Below are positions 36,601 to 51,297 of a stretch of 64,000 nt of DNA, one piece after another. Under the pieces are notes generated by a model that saw nothing but the letters and a program-made list of their open reading frames with translations, had not been told where the DNA came from and did not search any database. The position numbers were made by a program, and so were the translations under genes. The first letter of the stretch is position 1, and each line of letters begins with the position of its first letter. The DNA is from Bugula neritina (lineage: Eukaryota > Animalia > Bryozoa), in the NCBI GenBank assembly GCA_964035545.1, contig OZ037770.1, positions 8,934,973 to 8,998,972 on the forward strand, in the 5' to 3' direction.

Positions 36601-39600
36601 ATTCAATCACCTTGTTTTGCTTCAGTTCTTCAAAAGAACCTTGTTTAATGGGCAGTGTCGTAATCTTGCTGTCGTATATAGGGGTCAAGGTTATTGTACT
36701 TATATCTGTAAAATAAATCAAAATTATTACTCAATATAACTTAATACTTCAGCTCTTACTTCCTTTGAATAAATAGTTTAACCAAAGAAACGTTCATCTC
36801 CATGAAAAATAAAAATGGCGAGATGTAGACTAAAGCACTCATATACATTCTTAGCAGTACATTGTTTATTTCAGATGGTACCAGAACATTGCCATTTGTT
36901 TTAGAATAATCTACAATATAACATTCAGCAGAACGAGTTCATGATCCCATTATACCTGGTTTTAACTTTCAACATAAATTAGACAGTTGAAAATATATAA
37001 AACTGCGAACATACTTGAGTGTTGATGTCCATCAGTAAGGTTGTGAGGACTCCACTGGTTTCTACTTCCACCAACCCGAGATTTTATCTTTGGTAAAGAG
37101 AAAATTATTGCCGCTCCAGTTATTGGAAGGACACCAGCAAAATAGAATGCGTAGTCATAGTTAGAAGTTTGGTCAAATATCCAGCCTATGAATGAGAATG
37201 AGATTTGTGAAGTACATTAGACAAATCAAACTAGTAGAGAGTTAAATTAGCTGACAGTGAAGGACATAGTGACTACCATAGCAAAGGTGAAAAAATTTTG
37301 ACATTGCCAGTGTATATTCCTACTTTATTATGATCTTTCTATAACAGCAAGTTAGCGTTCAATTTGATTGACTGATTAGAACAGCTCAACTGAAATATAT
37401 TCAACCCGTACACTTCCTTTGCAACACAACTACATATGCTTATATATTTGACATAAAAAACACGACAGATATTTAGTTAGTGCGGTGACCTGACTGGTTT
37501 TTAAAGCACCAAAATAATAAAATCTAACAAATCTCATCAAAGCAATACTTTGTTACCATAAATTATAGAGATTTGATCACTTGTTCACCATTTTAGCTTT
37601 AAAATAAGTATATCAGCAATTGATTTTTAAGTGTGAGAAAATCTAGAAAATTCCGAAATCAAAAAAAAATTGTTTTTTTTACCAAAATCATATTTCCCAA
37701 AACATAGTATGTATACTCAGACTATGTGGCTAACACTGCTTTTCTCTTAGTTAACCGATTTTGACAAATTGAGCAACATTACCAAATTTTCCAAATTTTT
37801 TCCTTTAGAACACAAACTATTCTCAATTTCTCCATTAATTATTACGCTAACCTCTATTCAACATGTAACAAAGAAAATTGTAGTTCATTAAGTTATTTCC
37901 TAATCAATGTTAAAGAAGCTCACTGAGGTACAAGCTAAATTAAAAAGTTCATCTTTTAATTTTTGCACAAAAGATTAAAAAAAGCTGCATGTATACTAAA
38001 ATAAAACCTTGATTCCTTTGGTTTAAGTATTGTCTGAATTTTAATCTTTTCCCATGTATACCTTGAAAATCAATTACTGATATACTGATATACTGATAAG
38101 TCATATAGATCATAATAAATATAGACTAAGATCTTACCGCCTATCATAGGCCCTGTCATGATGGGTAGTGAAATCACAGCCAATAAAAATCCCACAGCTT
38201 GAGATGCATTTTGTGGTCCAACAAGATCAAAGGCTATTGGTGCTTGTAAGCATACCAGACACCCATCAGTGATGCCAAGGATTATACACACACCAATGAG
38301 GCCTAAAGTGTTCAACAAATAAGCTAGAAATGTTATATATTATTTAGTGCTTAGTGCCTCAGTTATAGGTTTACTATTGGTGCTGATATGGGACACATTT
38401 TCTTTTGATAAAATAAAGTAACAAAGTGAAGTTAATTATGAAGCATTCTCAACTGCTCATAGCTTTAACCTTCTGCAGCAAACTCAATAGCCTATATGTG
38501 CATATTATGTGTTGTTTATTTATATATTTTATTATACGTTGTTTATTGTAAACATTTCAGAATTGCAATTGCAACATACAGACAGCTCACCTTCAAATAC
38601 AGGTATGAGTGGAATAGTTATCGTAGCAGCACCAAAGAGCACTATAGCCACCTGCTGTAAGTGTACTCTGTTGACACATGCCATGTCACCTAGCTTGCCA
38701 CTCACCAACCTGCCCACACCTGACACACCACCTATTGTCATTATCAGTATCTCTCCATTCTTCTCAGGAAATCTTTGACGAACATAGTTATTCTAAAATC
38801 AAAAGCGCTTACAGGCTAATTATACAATAGGTGACAGAATAATGAAATGCCACTAGACTACTACTATGTTTATGATATATTATATACTTATAGTATAGTA
38901 TTATGCCTGCAGTAGTCAGGACAAGATATCAAAACAAAAGCGCTTACAAACTAATCACATAACAGGTGATAAAGTTTCTTCCAATGAATAAAAGCAGGCA
39001 TCATGTCACTATTATAATAATATCTTAGTTTTGTAGTATTTGTGTTATTCAGCTGAAGACAAAGTCTCAAACAAAAACAGACTGTGTGATCAGCTGAAAA
39101 TTTTCATCTTCTGAAAAACATTAAAAATTTAACTGTTGTTTCTACTGTATGTTACCTAAACTAAAATATATAGTTTATCATAATCATAATCCTAGTGTTT
39201 TCCCATTAATTAGTTCATTTTTTATGGAATACTCACAATATGTACAAGTGGTATAAAATATCCGAAGAAAGCGAATGTTAGCCCAGCAAGCCATATTACA
39301 TAGCCTCTGTTCTTCCATATATCAACATTGAGATAACGCTTCAGCAGCTCCCGACATTTAGTTGCTTTTTTTCTAGTTTTATCATTAACAGGCTTTGTGA
39401 ACTCTGTTGATGAAAAAGCAGTTTGTGAACTAAAAAAATTAAAACATTCAAAATTTATCTAAAAATATTTTGAGGGAAAAATTTATGCCCAGAAGGTTGT
39501 CACAATTTAAAACTATAAGAAAGTTTATTATTGCATTCCGGTAGTTTGTCTATTTAGGAGTTTTGTTGAATTTCTTTATAATAACATTAAGAAAGACTCA

Positions 39601-42494
39601 GTCATAGAAAGCTGTGCAAGACCGTTGGAGAGGAAAATAAATACATCTCTGTAGAAAGCTATTGCAGCAAGATATAATTTTGTTCTTAAGCTGAATTTTC
39701 CATAAGCTTGCAAGAAAATAATAGTGTAAATTGGTTGTGAGTAGTTGGAACACTGGTTAGGAAAGATGTGGTACACTGCTTGAACTGTAGAGGTTGCAGA
39801 GTCTTGGGTCATTCATGAGTTAAAGCAGAATAGCAAAAAGTAGGAGCCAAATTATATCATAATATTATAAAAGAATTATGGTATTTAATGTATTATTTGG
39901 TACGACAAGCTAAAAAACTTTTGTGGTACTTCAGTTACCCAATAGTCCCTACGATGTAATGGTTAGCACACCAGCCTGCTAGCTGATTAAATCCCAGTGG
40001 GGCCCCAGGAGAAGTTTACAGCTTTATTTTTTCTTTTTGATAATTGATTTCGGGATACAAAAATGAAAGTGAGAGAGACAAGTGCTACATGTTGGAAAGT
40101 AGAGCTAGAGTACTATTAATAGTAATTGAGACCTCCAGTATTGCAAACCACCGAGTGGCTGGCTGACATCACTTTTTTATGCAATAAAGTAGTATTTTAA
40201 AGTTAGCTCACATGCTTTCAACATAACTCTACATCTTGGTATGCATAGACAGTCAGTGATAAATTATGCATGCAATAACAAAGGGTTCTGTAATGTAATT
40301 TAACAACAACATGTCGTTGATAAAGCCCTTGTTTTGTTATATAGTTGCTATAATTTACTTTCTATCATCATCTGTTTTTTTCGATTGGCCTATTCACATT
40401 TGCCTTTTAAAATTATTCTGACTATTTCATTTCATACCTCTTGATAGCTTCTTCTATTTTGGAGTTATCATCTCGTCTAATAAGAGGTTTGAATACAAGT
40501 CCACAGAGGATCGTTGTAGCTACCAGCCCACTTTCTATCTGCAGAGTGAAGGCTAGCCCTTTGTTTTCCAGCAAAGACTTCATCAGGAATGGCAAAACTA
40601 CAACAATATAATTTTTAAGTTTTACTTTGTATATCGTAACATAGAGTAGACAATTCCCTTGTCTGTATAATAAGTGCTAGTAGTCTAGCATGTATTTTAC
40701 TAAAAATGGTAAGACTGCAAAATAGCATAAATCTACAGCCAGGTTTTTGAGACTTCTGCAAACATAACCAAATACTCAAACATTGAATTTGCTAGCAGAA
40801 TTTTTTTCAATTGTCCTAATTAACTCTTTGCGAAGCCAATGTGCGTGTGAGTGTTGTTCAAACTGTGTGTGAGTTGCTGACAATTCGAGATAAAGCAGTC
40901 ATTCCTAGATTTTATCTAATATTATTTGTGCTTTCAAAGTAAATATAAGCGCAACTCAAAAATGATAAGAGACATTTCAGAGATAAAGCAAGTCCATTAT
41001 GTGAATATATTATTTGGAATTTTATAACAATATGGTATTTTGCAAATGAATCAGATTGAGGCCAACTAGTTTACCGTGCAGTTTTACTAGTCAGAGTGTT
41101 GCATAGTGCTTATTGCAGATTTTCAATGTAATTGTTGCATATGATTATTCTCTATTATAGCATATTTTAAAAGCTCCAAATTAGGCAGTGACTTTATATA
41201 TGACATTGAATCTCTAACTGGAAAGATTGATATTTGACATAATTTGCTTCAAAATAAAAATCTTCTCCATAAATTGAATGATAGATAGATTATATGTATA
41301 TTATTAACTAATTTAACTCAATAATTATCTTATTAATATTCTATAAGCTGGTGCTTCCTCTTGTAATCATAGAAAATTAATGACACAATTGTAGTAATCA
41401 ATTAGAACACTTGTCACGTCACGCTAGATTGCATCTCCCTTTTCAGCATTCTATTGTATTAACATCAACAGTATATTATTTTTTTACCTATAGTATCGAC
41501 TAACCTGTGCAATTAGCCTAAACATATAAGTTGTGACATTACCTATTGTAAATATAGCACTTCCTGTAGTAACTATTCCATTTACCAAAGACATTCTTTT
41601 CTTGAAGTAATGTCCTAATATAACAAGACTTCCTGAATATATGAATTAAGATCCAGTTCCAAACATCACACCATACGTCAGATACAGCACACTCAGACTC
41701 TGAAAGTAGCAAAGATCATGCATTTATTGAAATATTTACCGTGTATATAGAAATTGTTAACTTTATATATCCTGTTTAATGTTTAGATTATTGTTATCTT
41801 TTTGCTGCCTAATATATTTATAAATATTCACCTCAGATAAAACCCTTATTTCAATAAAATTACAAAATTTTCAGTTGCATAAATTGTAACTTAATTTTTA
41901 AACAAATTTCAGAGATTTGAGTTTAAAATGTATATGGATTCTAAATATTTGAGTTGAAGATTTAGCGTTTAAGTATTTTTAATCATTTTAGATATATAAT
42001 AATATGTTTTTTTATATTTATGATGTTTCAGCGAAATTTATAATACGTTTGGTTCATACTTTAACAAAAGATGAAGAGAGTAGACCAGTAAAAGACAGGA
42101 GAGCTCCAGCTACTGCTACTTTTCTGATTCCCAGTTGATCAGCTGCTATTGATGATATCATAGAAGTGAAAAATGTCATGAAGACGGTGATGGAAGCAAT
42201 CAGTGCTGTAACATAGTTTAAATATATAAATTGATTATAGTTTAATGAATTTGTGGAAAGAAATGTATATTACTAAAATCAAAAAGCTTTTCTTTTGGCT
42301 TGAGTCAACATATTTTATTTTAAATCTTTTCAATGCTGTTTTCTTCAACTGAAAGACTAACACAAATTAACTTTGCCAAAAAAAAATTTATGCTTTGTCA
42401 TTGAACACACTAACCGATCAAAAACAAATTTTTTTTTGTTTTAAAATTTTTTTAAAATTTTTTACTTGCTGCAGTGTGAAAAAATCACACAAGT

Positions 42495-42640
42495 ATTTAG
42501 CCACTGCCTTTGAGAACACCTGATGGAAGGGTACGTTTTTAAAGTGTACTAAGGACTTAGTCACATGTGACACAGGAGCAATTATAACTGCATGAACTTC
42601 CTAACATCACCAATAGCCTGTACAGGGCCAGCACTGATCC
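42495..42640 (-). mobile_element. tRNA-derived SINE, partial
   Basis: acacaggagcaattataactgcatgaacttcctaacatcaccaat core plus shared 3' end. Confidence 0.7.
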
Positions 42641-44371
42641 TCCATATTTGTATACACAGTAGTGAAACTACATATTCATAACAAAAATATATATTGCAAG
42701 CAAATGAGTTCTCATCCTTTTATGGTACTGGTAAGCATAAAAAGCTAAAATTGGAGCCTGCATTAATTTTACAGCAATATTGAAAATGAAAAACATGAAC
42801 AACAAAGCAATTAGTATTGTAATATGAGTTGTGTTTGCTTCATAATAAATTTATACATCTTTTAAATTCATCTCAAGCACTTTCAAGGAATAATTAAATA
42901 AGTTGAAAATAGCTAAAATAAAATTGAATATTAAACTTAAAAAATTTCAATCTACAGAATTGATATAAAGTTGTCTTTCCATAATATAAACGTATGTGCA
43001 TCTACAGGATTATTACATGAAAGAGTTGTCTTCTCTTACTATATTCACAACTATGGAATAACAAACAGCACACTTACAGACTTTAGTTGTCACATTCTCT
43101 TCAGTGTCAGCTAGCTCACTCAGATGTGGCAGCAGAATTCCAAATGTATTCAGCATTCCAAATACAACTCCATTTACCCAGAAAGAGGCTAAACACACTA
43201 GCCAACCTCGACCACCATCAGGGGGGACAAACTCCTCAGTTTTATTTGCATCATGCTGCTGTTTTTCTTTCCATGTGTTTATTTTTTCTGCAAAACATAG
43301 AAGGTGTTACTTTAAAGTAACTGTAACTATAGAAAAATGTTGTTTATACTTCTTTAGCAAAACAACAATTGCATGTAAGTGAAACTAACTTTTAACATAA
43401 TATATGACAAGTCTGTGCTATCTGAAATAAATTTTGTGACCTATCAAATGTATCCATACATTTATGTGCATTTGAAATACTATAAATTAGGTATTGCCTG
43501 CTTTACTGCATAAACTTTAAGGTCTACTAAAACTGTATTAGTAAATTTGATTATATTTTGCTATACAAAGAAAACTTTATATGCTGATTATCAGTAGGAA
43601 AAAACTTTTTAACAATACATATTTTTTTTACTATATTGCAATATTGTTTTTATTTAAAAACTAAATAAAAGTCTTGCTTCGATTGCATACGAAGAACTTG
43701 TAAATTGCTAGTAGCTTACGTTTACAGTGTTGAAAATCTGGGCTGGCTTTATCAATTGCGTATATTTGAGTTGCATATCTTTTGTTGTCATTTTGAAAAT
43801 TCCAAACACTAATACACTGTTTAAAAGTTTTTGTGGCAGCAAGATTTAATTTTAAATAAAGTGGCTTAAAAAGTGTGGCTCCAGACTTCTTTATCATAAT
43901 ATTATTGTAATTATTTAGTGATATTTGGTGTTCATGTTAAACCGGGGATTGGTCTATGTTCTAAGCTGTATTGCAAAAACAGGTTTTTTATAGCCAAAAT
44001 AAAATATAGTGTTGACTGATGGCTGTCAACGCAAATAGGCTGCAAAAAGTTTAGATGGTTAAATAAAAAAAGTTTCATATCTTTCAATTGCTATTATGAA
44101 TGGCAGTAACTCTATAGTGGTTATACTGGAACTGCCCGGTACAGCGTACCAGTTGTAAAATTTCTGCTAGCTTAGGTGGTACGCAGGTATCCGGTTTTAC
44201 CATGACAGATTACTATAAAATAAAAAACTCAATTGTTTAACCCAAACACCAACCTAAAATTACTAAGCTTGAACCAAGTTAGAATTTACATTTGCACTAT
44301 GAAGCCAATTTCATGTGAGTGACAATGAACAATTTAAAGAGTAAAACTCATGATTGATGGCCACAGCTACT

Positions 44372-44443
44372 ATAGAAATTAATAGGTTGAGCTTAGAAGC
44401 TTAGAAATTAATAGGTTGAGTTTGAAGGCTTAGAAATTAATAG
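44372..44443. repeat. Short ~29-bp tandem repeat (tagaaattaataggttgag...) x2.5
   Basis: Direct reading. Confidence 0.8.
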
Positions 44444-46584
44444 GGGCAGGTTCAGGTGCAGGGCTAAGTGAAAACCTAAATTTTTTGTAAACTATGTTGT
44501 TTTAAAATCATTTTAATTGACAAATAATTAAATAGAAATCTTATTACAGTGTTTGTTTTAATATTTAGTAACAGAAATTTTGTGTTACAACTGAATTCTA
44601 AGATTTAAACTATATTTTTGTTTAATAAAATTTGAGTCAATTATTCTAATAACATCATTAGCTAACTGCATGTGCATAAAACAAAAAAATTCAGGTTTAG
44701 CTTTACCAGCCTGCGTTCAGGCAATAGTATTTTGCTGTTAATTCATTGCTGAACTTTTTTTATTAGGCTCTTTTCTTTGGAATACAGAATTTACATAAAA
44801 GTTGAAATGGTCAGTTTGATTATTTTATGCTTCAATGGAATGCTAAGAGATAAAACTGTAAAACTGTATACTGTAATTGGCCCATTACGTAGTAGTGTGT
44901 ATGTGCGTAATGTTATATAAAGCCAGCTGTAATTAATGAAAGAATCTGGATAGAATAGTTTTTATTTCATCTTCAAAACAAAATAAGTGTTTACACAAAG
45001 AATGTCATTCTATTATTATCTGCATGAAGCTTTCAAGATGATGGAGTTTACACACATCAGTAGATATTACTTTCAACGCTATTATGTATTTAACCTGTCA
45101 GCAAGCATTTCTTTGCAATTTAATGGTGTTGGCTTAAGTCAGCTTAAGCGTATACAACAGATGTCATGTGTAAATTTTTGCATTGCTTATAGGCTTATCA
45201 TTTTTGGTTTGATGTTTAACTCACAGCTGCTTTATTTTACAGAAAGGCAACTTCTCATTCTATGAAGAACGTTGCATTAAATAAGTGTAACTTTTCCCTT
45301 ACTCCTTCAATGTGCAGCTAATTCAACCTAAAGAATATTCCTACAGTAATTAGCCCTAAACATGTATAAGTTATAATGAGCTACTTATACTATAGTAAGT
45401 GAATGTTAATTGCTACATGCAGGGTATAAGTAACATTTTTATTTTGCGTTAACAATATTAGACATTTATCAGGCTGGTATTTTTAGAAAAGCTAACTATA
45501 GTGCTATATCTAATAATATCAGAAATATATCTTCAAAAGCATTTATGGTTTGCTATATTGTGTAAATTTAAATAAAACTAGGATTGTACTACATAACATG
45601 GACCAAATAGATGTCGAACTAAAAATAAATATGGAAGTTTCTTCATAAATTTACCTGTCAGAGAATCCTTCATTACAGAGGTGCAAAGGTTACTTTCAAG
45701 GTCATTATACAGTTGACCGGGTTCAGTACTGCTCAAAGTTTTCTTGTTTCCTGATTTGTTGTTTTCCATCTTGTCTATCTACAAGATATGATCTTTTAGT
45801 TGGGAATTTACATGTTTATTTGTTTATATTTTTATTTGCTTTTTAATTTTCTAGTTTTTTTAAATGAAAACATTTTTTTAAACTTAATGATTAGCCAAAT
45901 ATCAAATATTTTAGCTGGTTAAAAGACATTATTGTATTTTACTTTATGTATTAACAACAACAAAATTAGTTCAGGTTTTGTAAAAATGTAAAATTAGAAG
46001 CAATTTCGCTGCTGCTTCCAAGTATGTGTAAGAAATGACCAATTTTTTAGTAAGCTATTGTGCTAACAATTTGGCTATCAGATAGAAAATATAGTGCAGC
46101 TTCTATCTTATTTAAAAAAATTGAAAGTTGCAATATTTGTATAGATTATAATTTATAATTTATAAAACTATGTGAAATAAAATGATTTAAAAAACTAAAT
46201 AACAATAACGAGCAGTGGAAAAAACTCATTGCTGCAACTTAGGCAGAAAATATTGCAAAATTTGAACAATATATTATTCAATTAGTTGAAATTATTTTTA
46301 AAATTCCTTGCGATATACTCACTATAGCTGTATTGTGTTGTCACCCCGTCTTTTGTTAACATATGGCACCTAGCACAAGTGTGGATGTGCATTATATAAC
46401 AGCTCTGACGAATGATAAAGCCATTTATCACATTAGCTGTGTAAACAGGCTTCCAGGCATTTTAAGAAAGTGCTGAATGTAATCAGTTCAGGAAAACTAT
46501 CTTTACTTTGAGGTCAGTCAATGTGACTGTTTCATGAATAAGGTTTTGATTTGGTTTCAGTCCTACACGAATTTTTTTTTTTAA

Positions 46585-48240
46585 CAATAATTTGGCAGCA
46601 ACATCATCAAGTCTGAGTCTAGAATAGGCATTCCCCTATTTTATTTTCTCTGTTATCTGAGAGCCATGGTAGCAGGCCATGTTCTACTCTGTTTACATGA
46701 CCTACCCATCTCAAGTTCTTTTTCATGAAAATGCTAACCTTACGCAGCAAATTAGCATGTCATGGAATTTCGTCATAATGACATCCTCATAAAAACTGCA
46801 CGTTTAAGAAACATATATAATTATCAATTTGTTATTTCAGCATTAAAAAGCACAAAATACAATAATTATCTGTTCATGAAAGTAATTTGTTTTCTTTTTA
46901 ATCACAAATATATTTTAGTTTTTTTGCCAGGACAGTGATTTTGCTGCAAATATTGTAAAATTATTATAATATTTACATACAATTTATTATCTTAGCTAAA
47001 GATTTTTTGATGTGAGTTTTGCTTTTATAGAAGGACAAATATCATTTGGGATAGTTACATCTTTTTATAGCACCCGCCGATAAAATCTATAAAATATAAA
47101 TATTTAAACTAATACTAACACATTTTAATAGATGTCTTGCAATCTAGCTTAAATTGACTATAATATAAAATAGATATGTTATTACTGTGCTGTTAATTGC
47201 AGTATTTGTAGAACAAAATTTATCCTCATTTAAATGCTAACAATATAAAGGAAAGCAGTTGTCTTGGAGGCCAGTCATTAATTTGTCACTTTGTTTTACA
47301 TGACCTACCCATCTCAAGTTCTTTGTCATAAAAATGTTAACCTTAAGCAGCAAATTAGCATGTCATGGAATTCTGTCATAGTGACATGCCATTTTGAAGT
47401 ATTTATATGTTTCACCATAAAAGCGCTTAACTTCTCACCTATTTTCTGTATATTGACCATGTTTCAGTTCCACAGAGCAGACTTGAGAGCACCACGCTCT
47501 ATAGAATTTACATGTAACTCTTATGGAGACATGTCTATTGTTCCACAAGCAGTCTCTGCCAGAGATTTCTGTAGGCCTCACTTGTTCTGCCTATAGTCCG
47601 TTTTGTAGCTTCTTATCTATTTTTGCAGTGCAGGAACTGTGCTTTCTAGTCAAAAGAAGTCTAAAACAGAGTTGGTTTATCATGATAATTTCAGGCTTAG
47701 GTGAATGGTGAATGAATTTGATTGGCTCGTACATGCATTCTGCTTTTAATGTTGATTTTCAATCTTACACTTTTGACAAAAAAAATTTCTATGGCACCTT
47801 CATGTCTACAAGGCCATGTGCCACTAAAGCGCTTTCATTTGCAAACAACATTTCTCTAACTAGGTGTTTAGTAGCATGAGTCATAGATTTGAACTGAGTA
47901 ATGCCAACGACATCAGCCTCATATCTAGTTTGAATATACATCCTTTCATGGACATCCTTGAATGTAACTTCCAACAGCTAGCAGTCCCGTATAATGAAGG
48001 TATTGTGGGCACAGGAACAGGCTTCTGCTTGACACCATCAGTTGCCGCAAACTCATTTGAGACAATTGAAAGCTTCTTGATCTATTCTTGGTCAAAATAC
48101 TCTGGAAACTTTTTCAGGGTGTTATCCTTTGCGATCAGTACTATTTCACTATCGTGATCAAACAATTGGGCAATATACTCTTTTTTGTGATTTATAAATT
48201 TCTTTCATAAGGCCATCGTTTGAGCAATATATAACAATTT
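46585..48240 (-). mobile_element. Degraded RTE-clade LINE fragments (46585-46790 and 47293-48240)
   Basis: 46600-46760 resembles the RTE fragment at 21760-21920 (ccatctcaagttctt, agtctgagtctag). 46693-46785 is duplicated at 47295-47388. 47790-47900 encodes an RT-like VREMLFANESALVAH (cf. LLFADDAAL). Confidence 0.7.
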
Positions 48241-48274
48241 TAGGTAACAATTGAAAACTCACGAAAATTAAAAG

Positions 48275-49153
48275 TCACCATTCCTGTGTGAAACCTCTGA
48301 TGTAAAGGGTCTTTTGTTAAATGGAGTTAAGGACTCCTTAAGATGAGGCACATGAGCAATTATGACTGGATGCTCTCCCTAAAATATCCGCAGACCTTTG
48401 TCACGTCCTACTTCTTGCTGGTCACACTACAGTTGATACCACAAATGCTGAACGCCAACTGTATCTAGCCCCGCAGTAAACTTTTAACTAATAGGAATGC
48501 CATAACTCAGTTTCTGCATTATCCACATTAACCAACAACCAAACTTAGCACAATTTATTGAGATTTACTAGCATAATTTAATAAGATTTACTAGTTATTT
48601 TTATTCTAATTTACTAGCTTCAGTTATTCAAGATTACTAGCTTTATTCAATGAGATTACTTAGCTTTTTTAAGCTCATTCACTAACCTAAAGAACTAAAT
48701 ACGCTAATAAAATTTAACCAATTTAGAAAAACTAAATATGCAGATAAAAAATTCAGCAATATTTATCTAATAAATAATTATTTTCATAATTTGTCAAGAT
48801 TTGCATACATAACTTCATTATAATTATTTTAAAAGTAAAATAATATAGTTTGCAAGAAACCAACTCAATTAATGATGCTTGCTAGTAGCACGTAAAATAA
48901 GTAAAAACATTTAACCAATCGGGGCTTACCTGCCGGTCAGTGATTGGCTGATCGCTGAAGTTGGGCGTTCTCAAACTAAAACATCGCAAAAGCTGTCAGT
49001 TGTGCTCAGAAATCAGACAGTTGTGACGTCATAGAGGTCAACGTTTAGCCTCGAAAAAGCGTTCACAGTCGAGTTTGGACTGTTGTGTGTCAGCCCCATT
49101 AGTGCTTTGTGCTTATGAAGCAAACGCTCACACTCCTAGACCACAGCTGCTCT
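48275..49153 (-). mobile_element. SINE (body 48275-48400, head ~49105-49153) apparently split by a ~680-bp TIR element (~48417-49098)
   Basis: SINE core at 48345-48398 and tRNA-like head at 49120-49153. Between them, imperfect TIRs gctggtcacactacag / ctgttgtgtgtcagc. The right end resembles 23345-23398. Confidence 0.5.
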
Positions 49154-49411
49154 TTAATTTTAGGTAACAATGACACAGATAAAAATGGTAAAGCAAAATT
49201 AGCACGGTGAAAATGGCGCAGATTGAAAATTAGGTACAAATGGCATAGGGGAAACCTGGGTGATATGGGCCCAAACTGACAATGTTTGATTGAAAATTAG
49301 TATTTTAACATGTGGGTGCTATCTCTACTGACATACAAACACAATTTGAAGCTCCTATACAGATGCTTGACTGAGCTATGATTGAAAATTGGTGGACCAT
49401 ATCACCCGGAG

Positions 49412-49933
49412 ATGGGTGTGACTAAAATGGTTGGCCACCCGGTTGTCGCGGTATGTGACACCCATTTTAGTCACTCCTGGGTGTTTTGACTAAATTGGGT
49501 GTCGCGAATATTTTTAGTTTCATTTTCACATTTTGTAGACATTTTTGTTTGTTAATATTTCTCAAAACATTTTTAATAGTTTAAAGTATATGTTTCATAA
49601 GTTAGCATGTCTATGATCATAACGATAACAGTAAAATTAGGTGAAAATTAAATTTTTGATGAGAAAAGATAACTCTTGATAAGTTTGGTTTTTGTTAAAA
49701 TTAATTTGATTTAATCATTATTTGTTCATGTTTTTAGTTTAAACGATTGTGAAATGTTCATTATTCACTGAAGATTTATTTAACAATGATCTTAACAGTC
49801 ACAGCTGTCTAAAAATCTGAAAATAAAACGAAAATTGTTCGCGACACCCATTTTAGTCAAAACCCCCCCTTATGACTAAAATGAGTGTCACAGACCACGA
49901 CACCGAGTGGCCACCCATTTTAGTCACACCCCT
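49412..49933. mobile_element. Long-TIR MITE
   Basis: gggtgtgactaaaatgg(t/g)tggccac ... gtggccacccattttagtcacaccc, with nested gacacccattttagtca subrepeats and ~130 bp or more of arm complementarity. TSD unclear. Adjacent to another IR pair at 49255-49409. Confidence 0.8.
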
Positions 49934-51297
49934 TGAGAAAGGTTATAACTAAAATAATATCTGAGCTGCTGCTCACTGGTACATGAGTATATGAATCTTT
50001 AGCTTTGATCACTTTTTATTTAGAATTGATCTTCTGCATTTGATAATTTCAAATTTAATTGGATTTTATGACCACAGGGTTATCCTTGACTTGATTTTGG
50101 TCTTTATAGCAGCTATGCTACTCTATTTGTATAAACAGCGTTAACTTGTAAAGAGAAGGCAACTTTTTGTTTTGAAAGATACCAGATATGTTATATAAAA
50201 CAAAAAGGCAGTCAGTTAATAAATTTTACAGTAATGGATTCAAGCTTTTAGTTCAAGATGCTTTTTTTTGTTTAGAGCTTGTAGTAGAAGCAAGTTGTAA
50301 AACAATAAATACACGTATATTAAGCTAAAGAGTGACATTGGCTAAAACAATACTTATAACCAATAATTGCATATTAGTGATGCGACACAGTTGTTTTCCT
50401 TGCTAAAATAAGTTGAATATAAAGATCAATGGTGGAATACTGTTTGAAAAATTTTACACAAAAACTCGACTTTCATATAGAGCAAAGTAAAATAAAAATA
50501 TAAACTTATAGTTTGCAATTTATTGATTCATGTTTAAGCAGCTGAATACTGGTTTGTGGCTTTGTTTTAAGATAATTTTATTTATTATATATGTGCATGT
50601 TTTTTTTTCAAAATGAAAATTGCTTTTGGTTACAGCATAAAGTTGAATGCATAAAAATAGAAGTTTAAATTCAAAATGATAATAAACGATAAACTGCAAA
50701 ATACAATAATATCATGTTACAGGTTAATATTACATTGGGATATGCATAGCTAGTTACTTGAAGTTTATTTGTAAAATTTTTATTAAGCTTCATGAGAGTA
50801 TTGGACATCTATTAGAATTTTACTAAAACTACACTAAAAATAATTTAATTTGTCAAATGTATTTGAGTATTCATTGGAGACTTGTCTTACAAGTAGAAAA
50901 TAACAGTATCTGGTAGAGGACTGTCAAAATATACACATCTTGTTCTACTCAACATTTTCAGCCACTTCCTCATTTTACAAAAAGAGCAAAGCATTTATAC
51001 TGATTTATCAACATATTTATTAGCTCAATTTCTAAGAAATTTTGTCATTAGCCAATGAATTTGCTGTTAAAAGTATCAGTAACCAGTTTTATAGTTTTGA
51101 ATGTTTTTTCATTCCAAATTGAGAATAAAACTACTTTATTACTATAGATTCCTCAAAACTTTGCTTTTACAAATTGTATCGCAGATTACAAACTTCTTTT
51201 ATGCTTAAGGCAGTAGGAAATCCAACAACTACAAAAATAATTTGAATCGATTGTCAACTAAAAGATTTAATTTCTTCTTTGCAGTCAATACAGTCAA

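Larger units (their letters stand above)
36596..45769 (-). pseudogene. SLC16/MCT10-like transporter, copy A (~549 codons) with in-frame TAA at codon ~175 (null allele, young pseudogene or base error)
   Basis: Exons 45769-45655 (inferred first coding exon, phase fits), 43287-43078 (FVPPDGGRGWLVCLASFWVNG), 42205-42060, 41699-41543 (contains TAA at 41648-41646), 40597-40438, 39429-39237, 38792-38591, 38323-38138, 37185-37015, 36705-36596. All other junctions and frames appear intact. Confidence 0.82.

Noticed and set aside
36860-36960. Intronic block shared with ~51785-51890, as a possible extra MCT exon
   Set aside because: A 4-nt indel between paralogs breaks any shared frame; residual duplication similarity explains it.
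39945-40010. tRNA-like sequence (also ~1385-1450 and its inverted copy ~25060-25130)
   Set aside because: Only a box A-like motif survives, with no intact T-arm or cloverleaf; more likely decayed SINE heads.
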